The notes under the pieces are model-generated. The model was not told the DNA's origin and searched no databases. It was given only the letters and a program-made list of their open reading frames with translations. A DNA stretch of 64,000 nt, taken from assembly GCA_964550875.1 (NCBI GenBank), contig CAZKAS010000002.1, forward strand, positions 15,806 through 79,805, read 5' to 3'. The DNA is from an uncultured Muribaculaceae bacterium (GTDB lineage: Bacteria > Cyanobacteriota > Vampirovibrionia > Gastranaerophilales > Gastranaerophilaceae). Positions 30,578-40,514 of this stretch are shown one piece after another; the stretch's first letter is position 1, and each line of letters starts with the position of its first letter. Position numbers and translations under genes: made by a program.

Positions 30578-31501
30578 ATGAAAGTTGATTTAGTGTATTT
30601 GTGGGTTGATGATAGTGATGGGCAATGGTTTGAAAAGAGGAATAAATATATAGGAAATAATGTTGAAAGAGAATCGGCAGATGATTGTAGATTTAGGAAT
30701 AACGATGAATTAAAGTATTCTCTTCGTTCTGTTGAAAAGTATGCGAATTGGATTAATAAAATATTCATTGTTACTGATAATCAAATTCCAACTTGGCTAA
30801 ATACCTCAAATGAAAGAATAAGAATAGTTGATCATTCGGAAATTATTCCAAAAGATAAATTGCCGATATTCAATTCTTGTGTTATTGAAAACAGAGTTCC
30901 TTTTATACAAGAATTGTCTGAATATTTTTTACTTGCGAATGATGATACGTTATTTTGGAATGATGTTAATCCAAATTTTTTCTTTAGTGACGGAAAAGTT
31001 GTTTTTAGAGTCGGTAAAAGGATAAAGAACAAACAATATCGGCATTTATACGGACATTCTATTTATAAATCTTATCAAATGGTAAAGCAGAGGTTTGGAG
31101 AGTCTGTTCCATTCTTTCCTCATCATAATATTGATTCATATTTGAAATCGGATTTTTCGGATTGTATTAAAGAATTTCAGACGGAATTTGATGAAACATT
31201 AAATCATAAATTCAGGACATCGAATGATGTTCAGAGAATAGCAGTTTCTTATTATTCAGTGTTAAAAAATCATGCAATTATAAAAAGAGTGCAAGTCAAT
31301 CAGATAAAGAAGTTTTTAGGGTTAGAACAACCTGACTCGGAGTATTTCGGATTAAGGAAATCGACATTAAGTAAAATAAAAAGGACCGGAGCCAAATTGG
31401 TATGCATAAATGATAATCGAAAAACCACGGATAGTGACAGAATAGAGATTATCAAAATTTTAGAAGAAAAGTTTTCCAACAAGTCAAGTTTTGAGAGATA
31501 A
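30578..31501 (+). CDS. Stealth-family hexose-1-phosphate (capsule-type) phosphotransferase
   Basis: 307 aa. Stealth CR1 VDLVYLWVDDSDGQW, CR2 RFRNNDELKYSLRSVEKYANWINKIFIVTDNQIPTWLN, and the CR3-like FLLANDDTLF. Confidence 0.85.
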   Translation: MKVDLVYLWVDDSDGQWFEKRNKYIGNNVERESADDCRFRNNDELKYSLRSVEKYANWINKIFIVTDNQIPTWLNTSNERIRIVDHSEIIPKDKLPIFNSCVIENRVPFIQELSEYFLLANDDTLFWNDVNPNFFFSDGKVVFRVGKRIKNKQYRHLYGHSIYKSYQMVKQRFGESVPFFPHHNIDSYLKSDFSDCIKEFQTEFDETLNHKFRTSNDVQRIAVSYYSVLKNHAIIKRVQVNQIKKFLGLEQPDSEYFGLRKSTLSKIKRTGAKLVCINDNRKTTDSDRIEIIKILEEKFSNKSSFER

Positions 31502-31504
31502 AAG

Positions 31505-32275
31505 ATGAAGAAAAGAATTTTTCAAAAATTTTATAATAAATTTTTAAGTGCATTTAACAGATATTTGATGACAATAAACTTCACAGCGAAGGTATTTGAA
31601 ATTAAAGAAGGAGAGCGTGCATTATGTATTGCGCCGCATCCTGACGATGAGAGTATTGGAATGGGTGGAGTTTTGGCGAGGTACAAAGACAGAATTGATG
31701 TTATTTGTCTAACGGACGGAGCGAAGGGTATAAAAAATCAGAGTGAAGAAATTATTGTTCAAACCAGAAAAATTGAATTTGAGAAAGCGTTGAAAGTTGC
31801 AGGTATTGAAAATTTCAGAAATTTAGGTATTGCAGACAAAGAAGTTTTTAATTCATATGAAAAGTTTGAGCAAATAGATATTGAAAAATATGATTATATT
31901 TTTATACCGAATTTTATAGATACTCATTATGATCATAGGGCTTGTTTTATACATTTGCAAAAAATGTTGCGAGAAAAGAAACATAAACACAAATTGAAGA
32001 TATTATTTTACGAGGTATGGGGAACGTTGACAAATCCCAATGTTTTGGTAAATATTACCGAATTTGTTGCAATTAAAGAGCAAATGATAAAATCTTACAA
32101 ATCTCAACAGGAAAGAAAAGATTATTTGAATGCAATATTGGGATTAAATAAATATCGAGGATTAACAAAAAACATCGAATATGCAGAAGCCTTTTGGTTA
32201 TTAGAAGGAGAAGAAGCAATAAAATTGTATGATACATTTTATACGGAAAAGAAGGGACAAACAGAAAATGAGTAA
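31505..32275 (+). CDS. PIG-L/LmbE-family N-acetylglucosaminyl deacetylase
   Basis: 256 aa with the metal-binding motif IAPHPDDESIGMGG and a downstream HxDH (THYDHRA). Confidence 0.85.
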   Translation: MKKRIFQKFYNKFLSAFNRYLMTINFTAKVFEIKEGERALCIAPHPDDESIGMGGVLARYKDRIDVICLTDGAKGIKNQSEEIIVQTRKIEFEKALKVAGIENFRNLGIADKEVFNSYEKFEQIDIEKYDYIFIPNFIDTHYDHRACFIHLQKMLREKKHKHKLKILFYEVWGTLTNPNVLVNITEFVAIKEQMIKSYKSQQERKDYLNAILGLNKYRGLTKNIEYAEAFWLLEGEEAIKLYDTFYTEKKGQTENE

Positions 32276-33359
32276 TTTTTTAAATTTTATAAAAGACATA
32301 TTTAAAGAAAAAAAGCCGATAATAAAAGAAAAAACATTTCTCGTTTGGGAACCTTGTTCTAAAAGTCATGCAGAAGTAGTTCCCGGATATGCAAAGTATT
32401 TATTGGAATTAGGATATCATGTTTCTGTATTGGTAGAGCCGGACAGATTGCGGGAAGGATTATTTAGTCGATATGGCGAGGAGAATATTTCTTATAATGC
32501 CATGACCAGAAATCAGATAGAAAAATATTTAAGAAACAGTACTCTGGAAGAAGTTGAAGGCATTCTTGTAACTACGGTCGGAAAGATATGTGACAGTGTA
32601 GATTTTGAGCAGGCGAACAATTTTTTCAAAAAAGCGGATAAAAGGAAGTTATTTTATGTAGAACATGAAGCGAAACCGTCAGTAGATAACGGAACATGGA
32701 ATGAAAATCTTATCACATTGAGAAAATTAAATTATAAAAATGCTTCATCGGTAGTTGTTAATCCTCATTATTTTGGAGAGTTTAAAAACAATGTTAAAAA
32801 TGAAATTACGAATTTTGTTGTAGTAGGTAAATTTTCTGCTTCAAAGAAGGACACCGGATTGATAGTTAATACGGTAGAAGAACTTGTAAAAAGCGGTTAT
32901 CAAAATTTTAAAATAACCGTTATTGGGAAAGGTGACTTAGACTGTGTTCCTGAAGAAGTCAAAAAGTATATAGATATAAAGGGTCGTCTATCTTTTACCG
33001 ATATGTATGATGAGATAGAAAAGTCAGATTTTATGTTGACGGCGTATGATGATACTAAAGAAGAACATCTTGGCTATATAACATCAAGTACCAGTGGTTG
33101 TTTTCAATTAGTTTACGGATTTTTAAAATCTTGTGTAATTATCAGAAGTTTTGCGGCTATAAACGGATTTGATGAAGGAAATGCAGTGATATATGAGAAT
33201 AATGAAGATTTTAAAAATGCATTGATAAGATGTATTGAAATGCCGAAAGAAGATTATGCGCAAAAACGTCAATATTTACGACAATACGTTGAGTATTTGT
33301 ACAATTGTTCAAAAGAAAATTTCAAAAATCTTATAATAAAACAAAAAGGTTCTTTGTAA
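32268..33359 (+). CDS. GT-B type glycosyltransferase (group-1-like), putative
   Basis: I prefer the ATG at 32268 (overlapping the upstream stop, ATGAGTAA) over the track start 32229. The C-terminal half has the GT1-like pattern FVVVGKFS...ITVIGKGD...IKGRLSFTDMYDEIEKSDFML. Confidence 0.5.
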   Translation: MSNFLNFIKDIFKEKKPIIKEKTFLVWEPCSKSHAEVVPGYAKYLLELGYHVSVLVEPDRLREGLFSRYGEENISYNAMTRNQIEKYLRNSTLEEVEGILVTTVGKICDSVDFEQANNFFKKADKRKLFYVEHEAKPSVDNGTWNENLITLRKLNYKNASSVVVNPHYFGEFKNNVKNEITNFVVVGKFSASKKDTGLIVNTVEELVKSGYQNFKITVIGKGDLDCVPEEVKKYIDIKGRLSFTDMYDEIEKSDFMLTAYDDTKEEHLGYITSSTSGCFQLVYGFLKSCVIIRSFAAINGFDEGNAVIYENNEDFKNALIRCIEMPKEDYAQKRQYLRQYVEYLYNCSKENFKNLIIKQKGSL

Positions 33360-33477
33360 TAAGTGGGCATTAAACTTAACTTTACATATATTAATACATG
33401 TAGCAAAATTTTTAAATGTATTGTTTTGATAGCAATATTTAGAATTGTAAATGCCAATATTTATCCGGGAGTTCGTA

Positions 33478-35406
33478 ATGAATATTAACGTAAATGCTAA
33501 TACCGTAGTTTCTCAAAATTTGAGTAAAAAAGATACTAAAAAAGTAAAAACAGAAGAAACACAAAGCATTCAGCAGTTTTCTCAAAAAACAAGTTCAGCC
33601 GCTTTGTCATACGGTTTAGCACACATTTCGTTTGGAACAGTTCAGAAAGTTGCGAATAAACCTGCAGAGGCACAAAACGGTGTTAAAACCATAAATTTAT
33701 TTTATTTCAGCGATACTCACGGAGAACTTACTGGGCTACCTAAACTGGCTTCTGCGAAAGAAGCATGCAATGCATTTTGTGGTGGAAATTTAACATTTTT
33801 AGGTGCAGGCGATTTGATTGCAGGCAGTCAGCAACCCGTTATTAATGCGACAGTAGAAGTTGTAAATGCGTTAGGAATGGAAGCAACCGCAATGGGAAAT
33901 CATGAAAGAAGTCGTTCCGATGAGAAATTAAATGCTCTTAACGAAAACTTAGCTCCTGAAATGCTTGCAATTAATGCCTCAAATTCAGAACAAGCTGATT
34001 GTCAAATAGCAACATCAAAAGTTCTTAAACAAGGTGACCAAGAATTTATCGTTGTCGGTGCAACTCCTTTAACACCTGTTCAAAAAGCCGAAGACCTTGC
34101 AACAGCAATTGACGAAGAAGTATTAAAAATCAAAGCGAACAGAAAAGAAAAAGGTTTAAGCGAAAATCTTCCTGTTGTCTTTTTGAGCCATGTAGGACTT
34201 TCAAACGACAAAACGATTGCAGAAAAAAGTAAAACTGTCAACGTGATTTTAGGCGGACACACTCACCTTTTGGAAAACACAAAAATAACATCAGAAAGCG
34301 GAAATGAGGTTTTAGTATTGCAAGGCGGTCAAAATAATGCTCACGCTCAAGTTGTTAAGATGAATATTGCAGAGGACGGAACGGTTACCTCAGATGCAAA
34401 AATCCTTGATTTAAAAGACAATATAGACGGAATTTGTAAACAAGCCGGAGATTTTTACGGAAGCGAAGTATCAAAAGATGTTATCTCTGCGGCAAAAGAG
34501 GGTGAAACTGTTGCAACAAAAGCAGTTACCGATAATGTAGGGGAAAGAAATGACATTGCATACGTTCCCGAAGGATACGGTTATACGAAAGACCCTGCAA
34601 TTTCAGATTCAGACAGAAAATATTCAAATCCTGTTGCTAATATTATGGCTGATGCGATGCTTGCGAATACAGCTCATTTAGGAACTCAAGTTTCATTTTT
34701 CAATGCTCCTTCTGTAAAAGATACTACGATTGAAGAACAAAAAACTCTTACAAATTATGACATTATGAGCAGAATGATGCCGTTCGGAGGAGAAGTTGTC
34801 GTTGTAGATTTGCCCGTTGATAAAATGTATGAAATGATAGAAAAATCCGCACAAGGTATTGCTTCTAAAGATGGTTCGCAACTCTGTCAAGTTGGCGGTA
34901 TGGTTTATTCCGTAAATGCAAAAAAAGCAGAAACAAGACGTATGGCAAATATTGCAGTTCTGCAAGCCGAATATAATTTATCAAAGGTAAAAACAAACGG
35001 TGGTGACATTGAAAAAGCGGAAGCAAATCTTGCTCAAGCAAAAGCTGATTATAATGCACTTCCGAGATGTGTTGAAAAGATAATGATTTTGAATGCAGAC
35101 GGTTCAGAATTAAAGATTAATCCAAAAGCAATAGCAAGAGGTGACTACGAAGGTCAAACCATTAAATGTGTAACAAGTGACTTTTTTGCTCATACAAACG
35201 GAATAGAAAGTTTAGAATATAACTTCCAAAAACCCGGAATTGAGCTTACAAAAATCCTCGAAAAAGGTATGGAAACAGTAAAAGAACAAAATGACGGAGT
35301 TATAGGAGTAGACCATAATGAGGTCAGAATTTCCATTAAAGATGAAGAAGGCTTGATTAACGGTTACTCTATACCGACAGGAATTAATTCAAAATATTGG
35401 TATTAA
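33478..35406 (+). CDS. Bifunctional metallophosphatase / 5'-nucleotidase (UshA-like)
   Basis: Calcineurin-like motifs FYFSDTHGE, GAGD, GNHE and LGGHTH, followed by a 5'-nucleotidase C-terminal domain. The preferred start is 33478 (GGAG RBS). No obvious signal peptide. Confidence 0.8.
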   Translation: MNINVNANTVVSQNLSKKDTKKVKTEETQSIQQFSQKTSSAALSYGLAHISFGTVQKVANKPAEAQNGVKTINLFYFSDTHGELTGLPKLASAKEACNAFCGGNLTFLGAGDLIAGSQQPVINATVEVVNALGMEATAMGNHERSRSDEKLNALNENLAPEMLAINASNSEQADCQIATSKVLKQGDQEFIVVGATPLTPVQKAEDLATAIDEEVLKIKANRKEKGLSENLPVVFLSHVGLSNDKTIAEKSKTVNVILGGHTHLLENTKITSESGNEVLVLQGGQNNAHAQVVKMNIAEDGTVTSDAKILDLKDNIDGICKQAGDFYGSEVSKDVISAAKEGETVATKAVTDNVGERNDIAYVPEGYGYTKDPAISDSDRKYSNPVANIMADAMLANTAHLGTQVSFFNAPSVKDTTIEEQKTLTNYDIMSRMMPFGGEVVVVDLPVDKMYEMIEKSAQGIASKDGSQLCQVGGMVYSVNAKKAETRRMANIAVLQAEYNLSKVKTNGGDIEKAEANLAQAKADYNALPRCVEKIMILNADGSELKINPKAIARGDYEGQTIKCVTSDFFAHTNGIESLEYNFQKPGIELTKILEKGMETVKEQNDGVIGVDHNEVRISIKDEEGLINGYSIPTGINSKYWY

Positions 35407-35468
35407 TTGATTAATTTGAATATCAATAAAGCAGACTTTTCTTATGTTTTTATAGCTAAAAACAAATT

Positions 35469-36617
35469 TTAGTGACTTAATTTTCTTAATCTTAATTCAA
35501 TTAATAGCAAAATTAAGACGAAAATGGTTGTAATAACAGGTAAGTAATTTAATCCTATTCTTTGAATTATTATTCCCAAAAGAGGAGTCATAATGGCAAA
35601 ACCCAGATTTGCCGAACCTACTTGGTGTCCCATTAAAATTTTGGCTTTTTCTATTTCGTAACGTTTATGAGTGTCATTCATCGTACAGGGATAAATTCCC
35701 GAAAAGCATAATCCAAGAGCAATAAGTCCGATAATAGTCGTTGAATGGTAGGGAATGCAAAGCAAAAGCATCGAGATTAGAGCACCAATAATACTGAAGA
35801 TAATAATTGTTTTATCAGAGAAATATTTCGTTATAAAACCTACTAAAAACCGCCCTAGAGTTAAAGCACCCCAATATGCAGCCGCTAAAGTTCCTGCAAA
35901 AATCGGGTCAAATCCTCTTTGTTCGGTCATTACTGAATAAATCCAAAGCCCGATACCGCCTTCACTTGCCGTATAAAAGAAGAAAAAAGCTGCACTCAAA
36001 AATGTATTTAGAGAAATCATGTTAACGTGTTTTTCGGAATTTTTTTCTTTTTCGGAGGATTTTTTATTAGTATTTTGAAACGGTTTGAAGAAGAATAGAA
36101 GAGATATTAACATAAGGATTAAGCCGACAAAGGCATAACCGCTTCTCCACGTTAAGTTTTTTAAAAAAGCAAAGGTCATAATTAAAGGACCTAAAGTTGT
36201 TCCTATTCCCCAAAATCCGTGTAGCCAACTCATATGTCTTGATGAATAATTAAGGGCAACATAATTATTCAATGAACTGTCAACACTGCCGGCACCGAGT
36301 CCGGAGGGAATAACAAACAATAAAAAAATCAACCAATTTGGTGCTAAAGCAAAACCGAAACAGCCGATAGCAGTTAGGAGAACGCTAACTGCAACAATTT
36401 TAGAAATAGAAAATTTTTTTGCTATATATCCGTTTAAAAAACCTGCGAGAGCAGTGAATAAAGTACAAGAAAAAGTTACAACACCAGCAGCATCAAGATT
36501 TTTCCCAAAACCAATTCTCATTGTAGGCCAAGCAACCCCCAAAAGTTGGTCAGGTAAACCAAGCGCAATAAAGGCAATATACAATAGAACTAAAATAAAT
36601 ATTTTTTCTTTACTCAT
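35469..36617 (-). CDS. MFS transporter
   Basis: 382 aa with 12 predicted TM helices in a 6+6 layout around a charged central loop (NTNKKSSEKEKNSEKH). Confidence 0.85.
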   Translation of the reverse strand: MSKEKIFILVLLYIAFIALGLPDQLLGVAWPTMRIGFGKNLDAAGVVTFSCTLFTALAGFLNGYIAKKFSISKIVAVSVLLTAIGCFGFALAPNWLIFLLFVIPSGLGAGSVDSSLNNYVALNYSSRHMSWLHGFWGIGTTLGPLIMTFAFLKNLTWRSGYAFVGLILMLISLLFFFKPFQNTNKKSSEKEKNSEKHVNMISLNTFLSAAFFFFYTASEGGIGLWIYSVMTEQRGFDPIFAGTLAAAYWGALTLGRFLVGFITKYFSDKTIIIFSIIGALISMLLLCIPYHSTTIIGLIALGLCFSGIYPCTMNDTHKRYEIEKAKILMGHQVGSANLGFAIMTPLLGIIIQRIGLNYLPVITTIFVLILLLIELRLRKLSH

Positions 36618-36641
36618 AATTTTAGTTTATCACGAAAAAAC

Positions 36642-36670
36642 AATAAAAAAAAAGGGCGATTTCTCGCCCT
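36642..36670 (-). terminator. Strong intrinsic terminator located upstream of (not after) the MFS gene
   Basis: The minus strand reads AGGGCGA-GAAA-TCGCCCT followed by T9. It lies ~25-50 nt 5' of the MFS ATG and ~45-70 nt downstream of the -10 (36718-36713) of a TTGACG-17-ATAATA promoter-like element (rc of 36741-36713). Confidence 0.6.
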
Positions 36671-36901
36671 GCTGTCTGGAATTAAGAATAGTTGGAAGTA
36701 TGAAAAAGATATTATTATTAAACATTTTTTTTAAACGTCAAACAATACTCATATCGATATGCCAACAGACTGATAAAGAAATAATCGAGCGACTAATATT
36801 ATTTTTAGAGGAAAGGTAATTCAAAATAAAAAAATTCATGAAAAAATTTTTAAATCGTTGTATAATTTCAGAGTGAAGAAATTTTCCACAAGGAGAAGGT
36901 T

Positions 36902-37921
36902 ATGAAAAAAGATATAGATTGGAAAAATCTTGGTTTTGGATATATTAAAACAGACTATAGATATGTTTCAAATTTCAAGGACGGAAAATGGGACGACGGT
37001 GAACTTTCAACCGAAGATATGATAACAATGAGCGAATGCGCTTGTGTTCTTCAATACGCACAAACTTGTTTTGAAGGATTAAAGGCATATACGACAGTTG
37101 ATGGAAGGACAGTATGTTTTCGTCCGGATTTGAATGCGGAAAGAATGGTAAAATCTTGTGAAAGGTTAGAAATGCCTGCGTTTCCGAAAGAAAGATTTAT
37201 TGAAGCGGTTTTAAAAACGGTTAAAGCGAATGTTGATTTTGTTCCGCCATACGGAACCGGTGCATCATTGTACTTAAGACCTTATATGTTTGGTTCTGAT
37301 GCAATTATTGGTGTAAAACCTGCTCATGAGTACCAATTCAGACTTTTCTGCACACCTGTCGGACCCTATTTTAAAGGAGGTGCAGAAGCAATTACATTGA
37401 GAGTTCCTGATTTTGACAGAGCAGCACCGTTAGGAACAGGTCACGTTAAGGCTGGTTTAAACTATGCAATGAGTTTGCACGCAATCGTTGATGCTCACAA
37501 TCAAGGCTACAATGAAAATATGTATCTCGATTCCGCAACAAGAACTAATGTTGAAGAAACAGGAGGAGCAAATATTATCTTTGTGACGAAAGATAACAAG
37601 GTTGTAACTCCGAAATCACGTACAATTTTACCGTCAATTACAAGACGTTCTCTTCTTTATGTAGCAGAACATTATCTTGGACTAGAAGTTGAAGAAAGAG
37701 TAATTCCTTATGAAGAAATCAAAGATTTCAAAGAATGCGCTCTTTGTGGTACGGCAGCAGTTCTTTCACCGGTTGGAAAGATTGTAAATCACGGAGAAGA
37801 AGTTGAATACAAATATAACAACGGTTCGGGAGAAATAACCCAAAAATTGTATGAAACATTGACGGGAATTCAAATGGGAAGACTTGAAGCACCTGAAGGT
37901 TGGATATACGAAATTAAATAA
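36902..37921 (+). CDS. ilvE: Branched-chain amino acid aminotransferase
   Basis: 339 aa, class IV aminotransferase. Full-length pattern with LQYAQTCFEGLKAY, YLRPYMFG, GTGHVKAGLNYA and ETGGANIIFV. RBS AAGGAGAAGG. Confidence 0.92.
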   Translation: MKKDIDWKNLGFGYIKTDYRYVSNFKDGKWDDGELSTEDMITMSECACVLQYAQTCFEGLKAYTTVDGRTVCFRPDLNAERMVKSCERLEMPAFPKERFIEAVLKTVKANVDFVPPYGTGASLYLRPYMFGSDAIIGVKPAHEYQFRLFCTPVGPYFKGGAEAITLRVPDFDRAAPLGTGHVKAGLNYAMSLHAIVDAHNQGYNENMYLDSATRTNVEETGGANIIFVTKDNKVVTPKSRTILPSITRRSLLYVAEHYLGLEVEERVIPYEEIKDFKECALCGTAAVLSPVGKIVNHGEEVEYKYNNGSGEITQKLYETLTGIQMGRLEAPEGWIYEIK

Positions 37922-37944
37922 AGAATTAGAATTAGAAATTCTAA

Positions 37945-37974
37945 TAAAGCGCCGTTCTTTGAACGGCGCTTTAT
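37945..37974. terminator. Bidirectional intrinsic terminator between convergent genes
   Basis: Stem aaagcgccgttc / gaacggcgcttt with a 4-nt loop, flanked by A/T runs on both sides. Confidence 0.7.
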
Positions 37975-37977
37975 TTT

Positions 37978-38520
37978 CTATTTACAAATACCGGCTTTAG
38001 TCGGCTTTGAATATGAAGAAATCAACTTAAAATATTCTTCAATAGCCATATAACCTTTAAATACAGAGTTTGTGACGGGTGCAAATTTTTTTGCTTCCAA
38101 ACTTTTTAACTCTTTCATTCTTATTTTAAGAATTTTTTCTGATTCTGCCCGAAGAGTTCTATCCATAGAAACAGCTGCTCTTTGAAGAAAAGCGAGTTCT
38201 TCATTAACCTGTCTTATTGTAGTATTTTCAAGGTTATCAAAATCGTATTTCATTAATAAAGCGATTTCATTTTGATTAATTTTTCCTTTTACTACAGAGG
38301 ATCCATAGACTTGTTTAACTAACATATAACTATCGGCAATAAGTCTATGAGAAGGAGGAATTTCACTTCTTGCGGTCATTGCAACCATACCCAAAGAATT
38401 AAGCAAATCACTTTCGAGAAGCCCTGCAGCACCAATACGAGTAACTGCATCTTCTTCCAAAATGCGCTTTAGAGAAGCCTTTGCGGCATCTTGATTGTAG
38501 TCTGATGTCTTAAGAATCAT
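37978..38520 (-). CDS. Hypothetical protein
   Basis: 180-aa ORF, predicted helical, with no motif I can recognise. Confidence 0.45.
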   Translation of the reverse strand: MILKTSDYNQDAAKASLKRILEEDAVTRIGAAGLLESDLLNSLGMVAMTARSEIPPSHRLIADSYMLVKQVYGSSVVKGKINQNEIALLMKYDFDNLENTTIRQVNEELAFLQRAAVSMDRTLRAESEKILKIRMKELKSLEAKKFAPVTNSVFKGYMAIEEYFKLISSYSKPTKAGICK

Positions 38521-38618
38521 AGTGAAACTTAGACCAATTCCTTTCCTTTATATTTTAATGATAAATCATTTAATAATTTTTGTCATGTGTTTGTAAATTT
38601 TTGTATTAAAATAAAAGT

Positions 38619-40493
38619 ATGTTTAAGTATGATGTAATAGTAGTAGGATTAGGACATGCCGGTTGTGAAGCGGCAATGGCGGCAGCAAGGCTTGGTGCAA
38701 AGGTTTTGGCTGTTTCTCTAAATCTTGATAATATAGCGTTAATGCCATGTAATCCTGCTGTCGGCGGGCCTGCAAAATCTTGTTTGACAAGGGAAGTAGA
38801 TGCTTTAGGCGGAATTATGGGAATTGCGGCAGATGCAACTTATATGCAGATGAAAATGTTAAATTCCTCAAAAGGACCTGCTGTTCGTGCATTGAGAGCG
38901 CAATCAGATAAAAAAGAATATTCTGCTTTTGTCAGAAATTTGCTTGAAAGTGAAGATAATATTCATTTGAAACAATGTACTTGTTCGGAATTGATGGTTG
39001 AAAACGGTAAAATTGTCGGAATGAAAGATGAATTTGGGCTTGAATATTACGCTCCTGCGATTGTTTTAACGACAGGAACATCTCTTGAGGCAAAGATATG
39101 GGTCGGACTTCAATCACAGCAATTCGGACGTTTGGGAGAAGTTAGTGCAAAAGGTTTGTCCGCATCTCTTGAAAAATGCGGAATTAAGCTTGGCAGATTA
39201 AAAACGGGAACACCTCCTCGGGTAGATGCACGTTCAATAGATTATGCAAAGACGGAAATTCAACCCGGAGATGAAATTTTACATTATTTTTCGTTCTTGC
39301 AGGACAGACCGGTTAGAAAGCAGTATCCGTGCTATTTGACAAGAACAACGGAAAAAACAAAGGAAATCATTTTATCAAATTTGGATAAATCACCGATGTA
39401 TTCAGGAAAGATTAACGCTCGAGGGCCGAGATATTGTCCGTCTATTGAAGATAAAATTGTCAGATTTGTGAATAATCTGTCACATCATATTTTTCTTGAG
39501 CCTGAGGGTAAAAGTACTTATGAAATCTATGTAGGCGGATTTTCGACGAGCTTACCTGCTCCTGTTCAATTAGAAATGCTAAAGACTCTTCCGGGGCTTG
39601 AAAAGGTTCATGTAATAAAACCTGCCTATGCGGTTGAATATGATTATGTTCCTGCGGTACAGACAATGCATTCTTTAATGAGTAAAAATGTTCAAGGATT
39701 ATTTTTGGGTGGTCAAATCAACGGAACAAGCGGATATGAAGAAGCTGCCGCACAGGGTCTTGTTGCGGGAATTAATGCAGTAAACTATATCAAGGGGCAA
39801 GAACCTTTGATATTGAGTCGAGAATCTTCATACATAGGTACATTGATTGATGATTTGGTTACAAAAGATATTGACGAACCTTACAGAATGCTGACATCAC
39901 GTTCTGAATACAGGCTTTTATTAAGACAGGATAATGCGGACGAAAGATTAACCGAAATCGGTTATAAACAAGGACTTATACAGGAAGAACAGTACAATCG
40001 TTTCAAATTAAAAATGCAAACTGTTGATGATGAAATTGAGCGTTTTAAGCAAACAAAAATTTCTGCAACAGCTGAAAATAATGCGATTTTGTCTGAAATC
40101 GGAGAGCATATTAACGAAGGAATAAGGATTTCCGAGTTGATAAAAAGACCTAATGTTTCTTATGATGTTGTAAAAAAACTTGATGAAACGACGAAAAATC
40201 TTAATTTCCCTTATGAAATAGGAGAACAAGTCGAAATCAGATTAAAATATGACGGTTATATTAAACGACAAAAAGAACAGGTTGAATTATCATCAAAGGC
40301 AGACAGAATAAAAATTCCTGCCGATATTGATTATAAAAAAATCCAACAAATTTCAACCGAAACTAAAGAAAAATTAGAAAAAATACGTCCTGTAACACTT
40401 GGTCAAGCATCGAGAATAGGAGGCGTAAAACCTGCTGATATTGCTGTTTTATCGGTATTGATAGAGTCAAAAGCATATAGAAAATTTGATTAA
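38619..40493 (+). CDS. mnmG: tRNA uridine 5-carboxymethylaminomethyl modification enzyme MnmG (GidA)
   Basis: 624 aa with FAD motif [16 protein letters not shown], plus [11 protein letters not shown] and [16 protein letters not shown]. Confidence 0.97.
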   Translation: MFKYDVIVVGLGHAGCEAAMAAARLGAKVLAVSLNLDNIALMPCNPAVGGPAKSCLTREVDALGGIMGIAADATYMQMKMLNSSKGPAVRALRAQSDKKEYSAFVRNLLESEDNIHLKQCTCSELMVENGKIVGMKDEFGLEYYAPAIVLTTGTSLEAKIWVGLQSQQFGRLGEVSAKGLSASLEKCGIKLGRLKTGTPPRVDARSIDYAKTEIQPGDEILHYFSFLQDRPVRKQYPCYLTRTTEKTKEIILSNLDKSPMYSGKINARGPRYCPSIEDKIVRFVNNLSHHIFLEPEGKSTYEIYVGGFSTSLPAPVQLEMLKTLPGLEKVHVIKPAYAVEYDYVPAVQTMHSLMSKNVQGLFLGGQINGTSGYEEAAAQGLVAGINAVNYIKGQEPLILSRESSYIGTLIDDLVTKDIDEPYRMLTSRSEYRLLLRQDNADERLTEIGYKQGLIQEEQYNRFKLKMQTVDDEIERFKQTKISATAENNAILSEIGEHINEGIRISELIKRPNVSYDVVKKLDETTKNLNFPYEIGEQVEIRLKYDGYIKRQKEQVELSSKADRIKIPADIDYKKIQQISTETKEKLEKIRPVTLGQASRIGGVKPADIAVLSVLIESKAYRKFD

Positions 40494-40514
40494 AATTTTG
40501 CGGATAATGCAAAT

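Noticed and set aside
36454-36819. 121-aa plus-strand ORF
   Set aside because: It starts antisense inside the MFS gene and runs through the terminator and leader region. No supporting signals.
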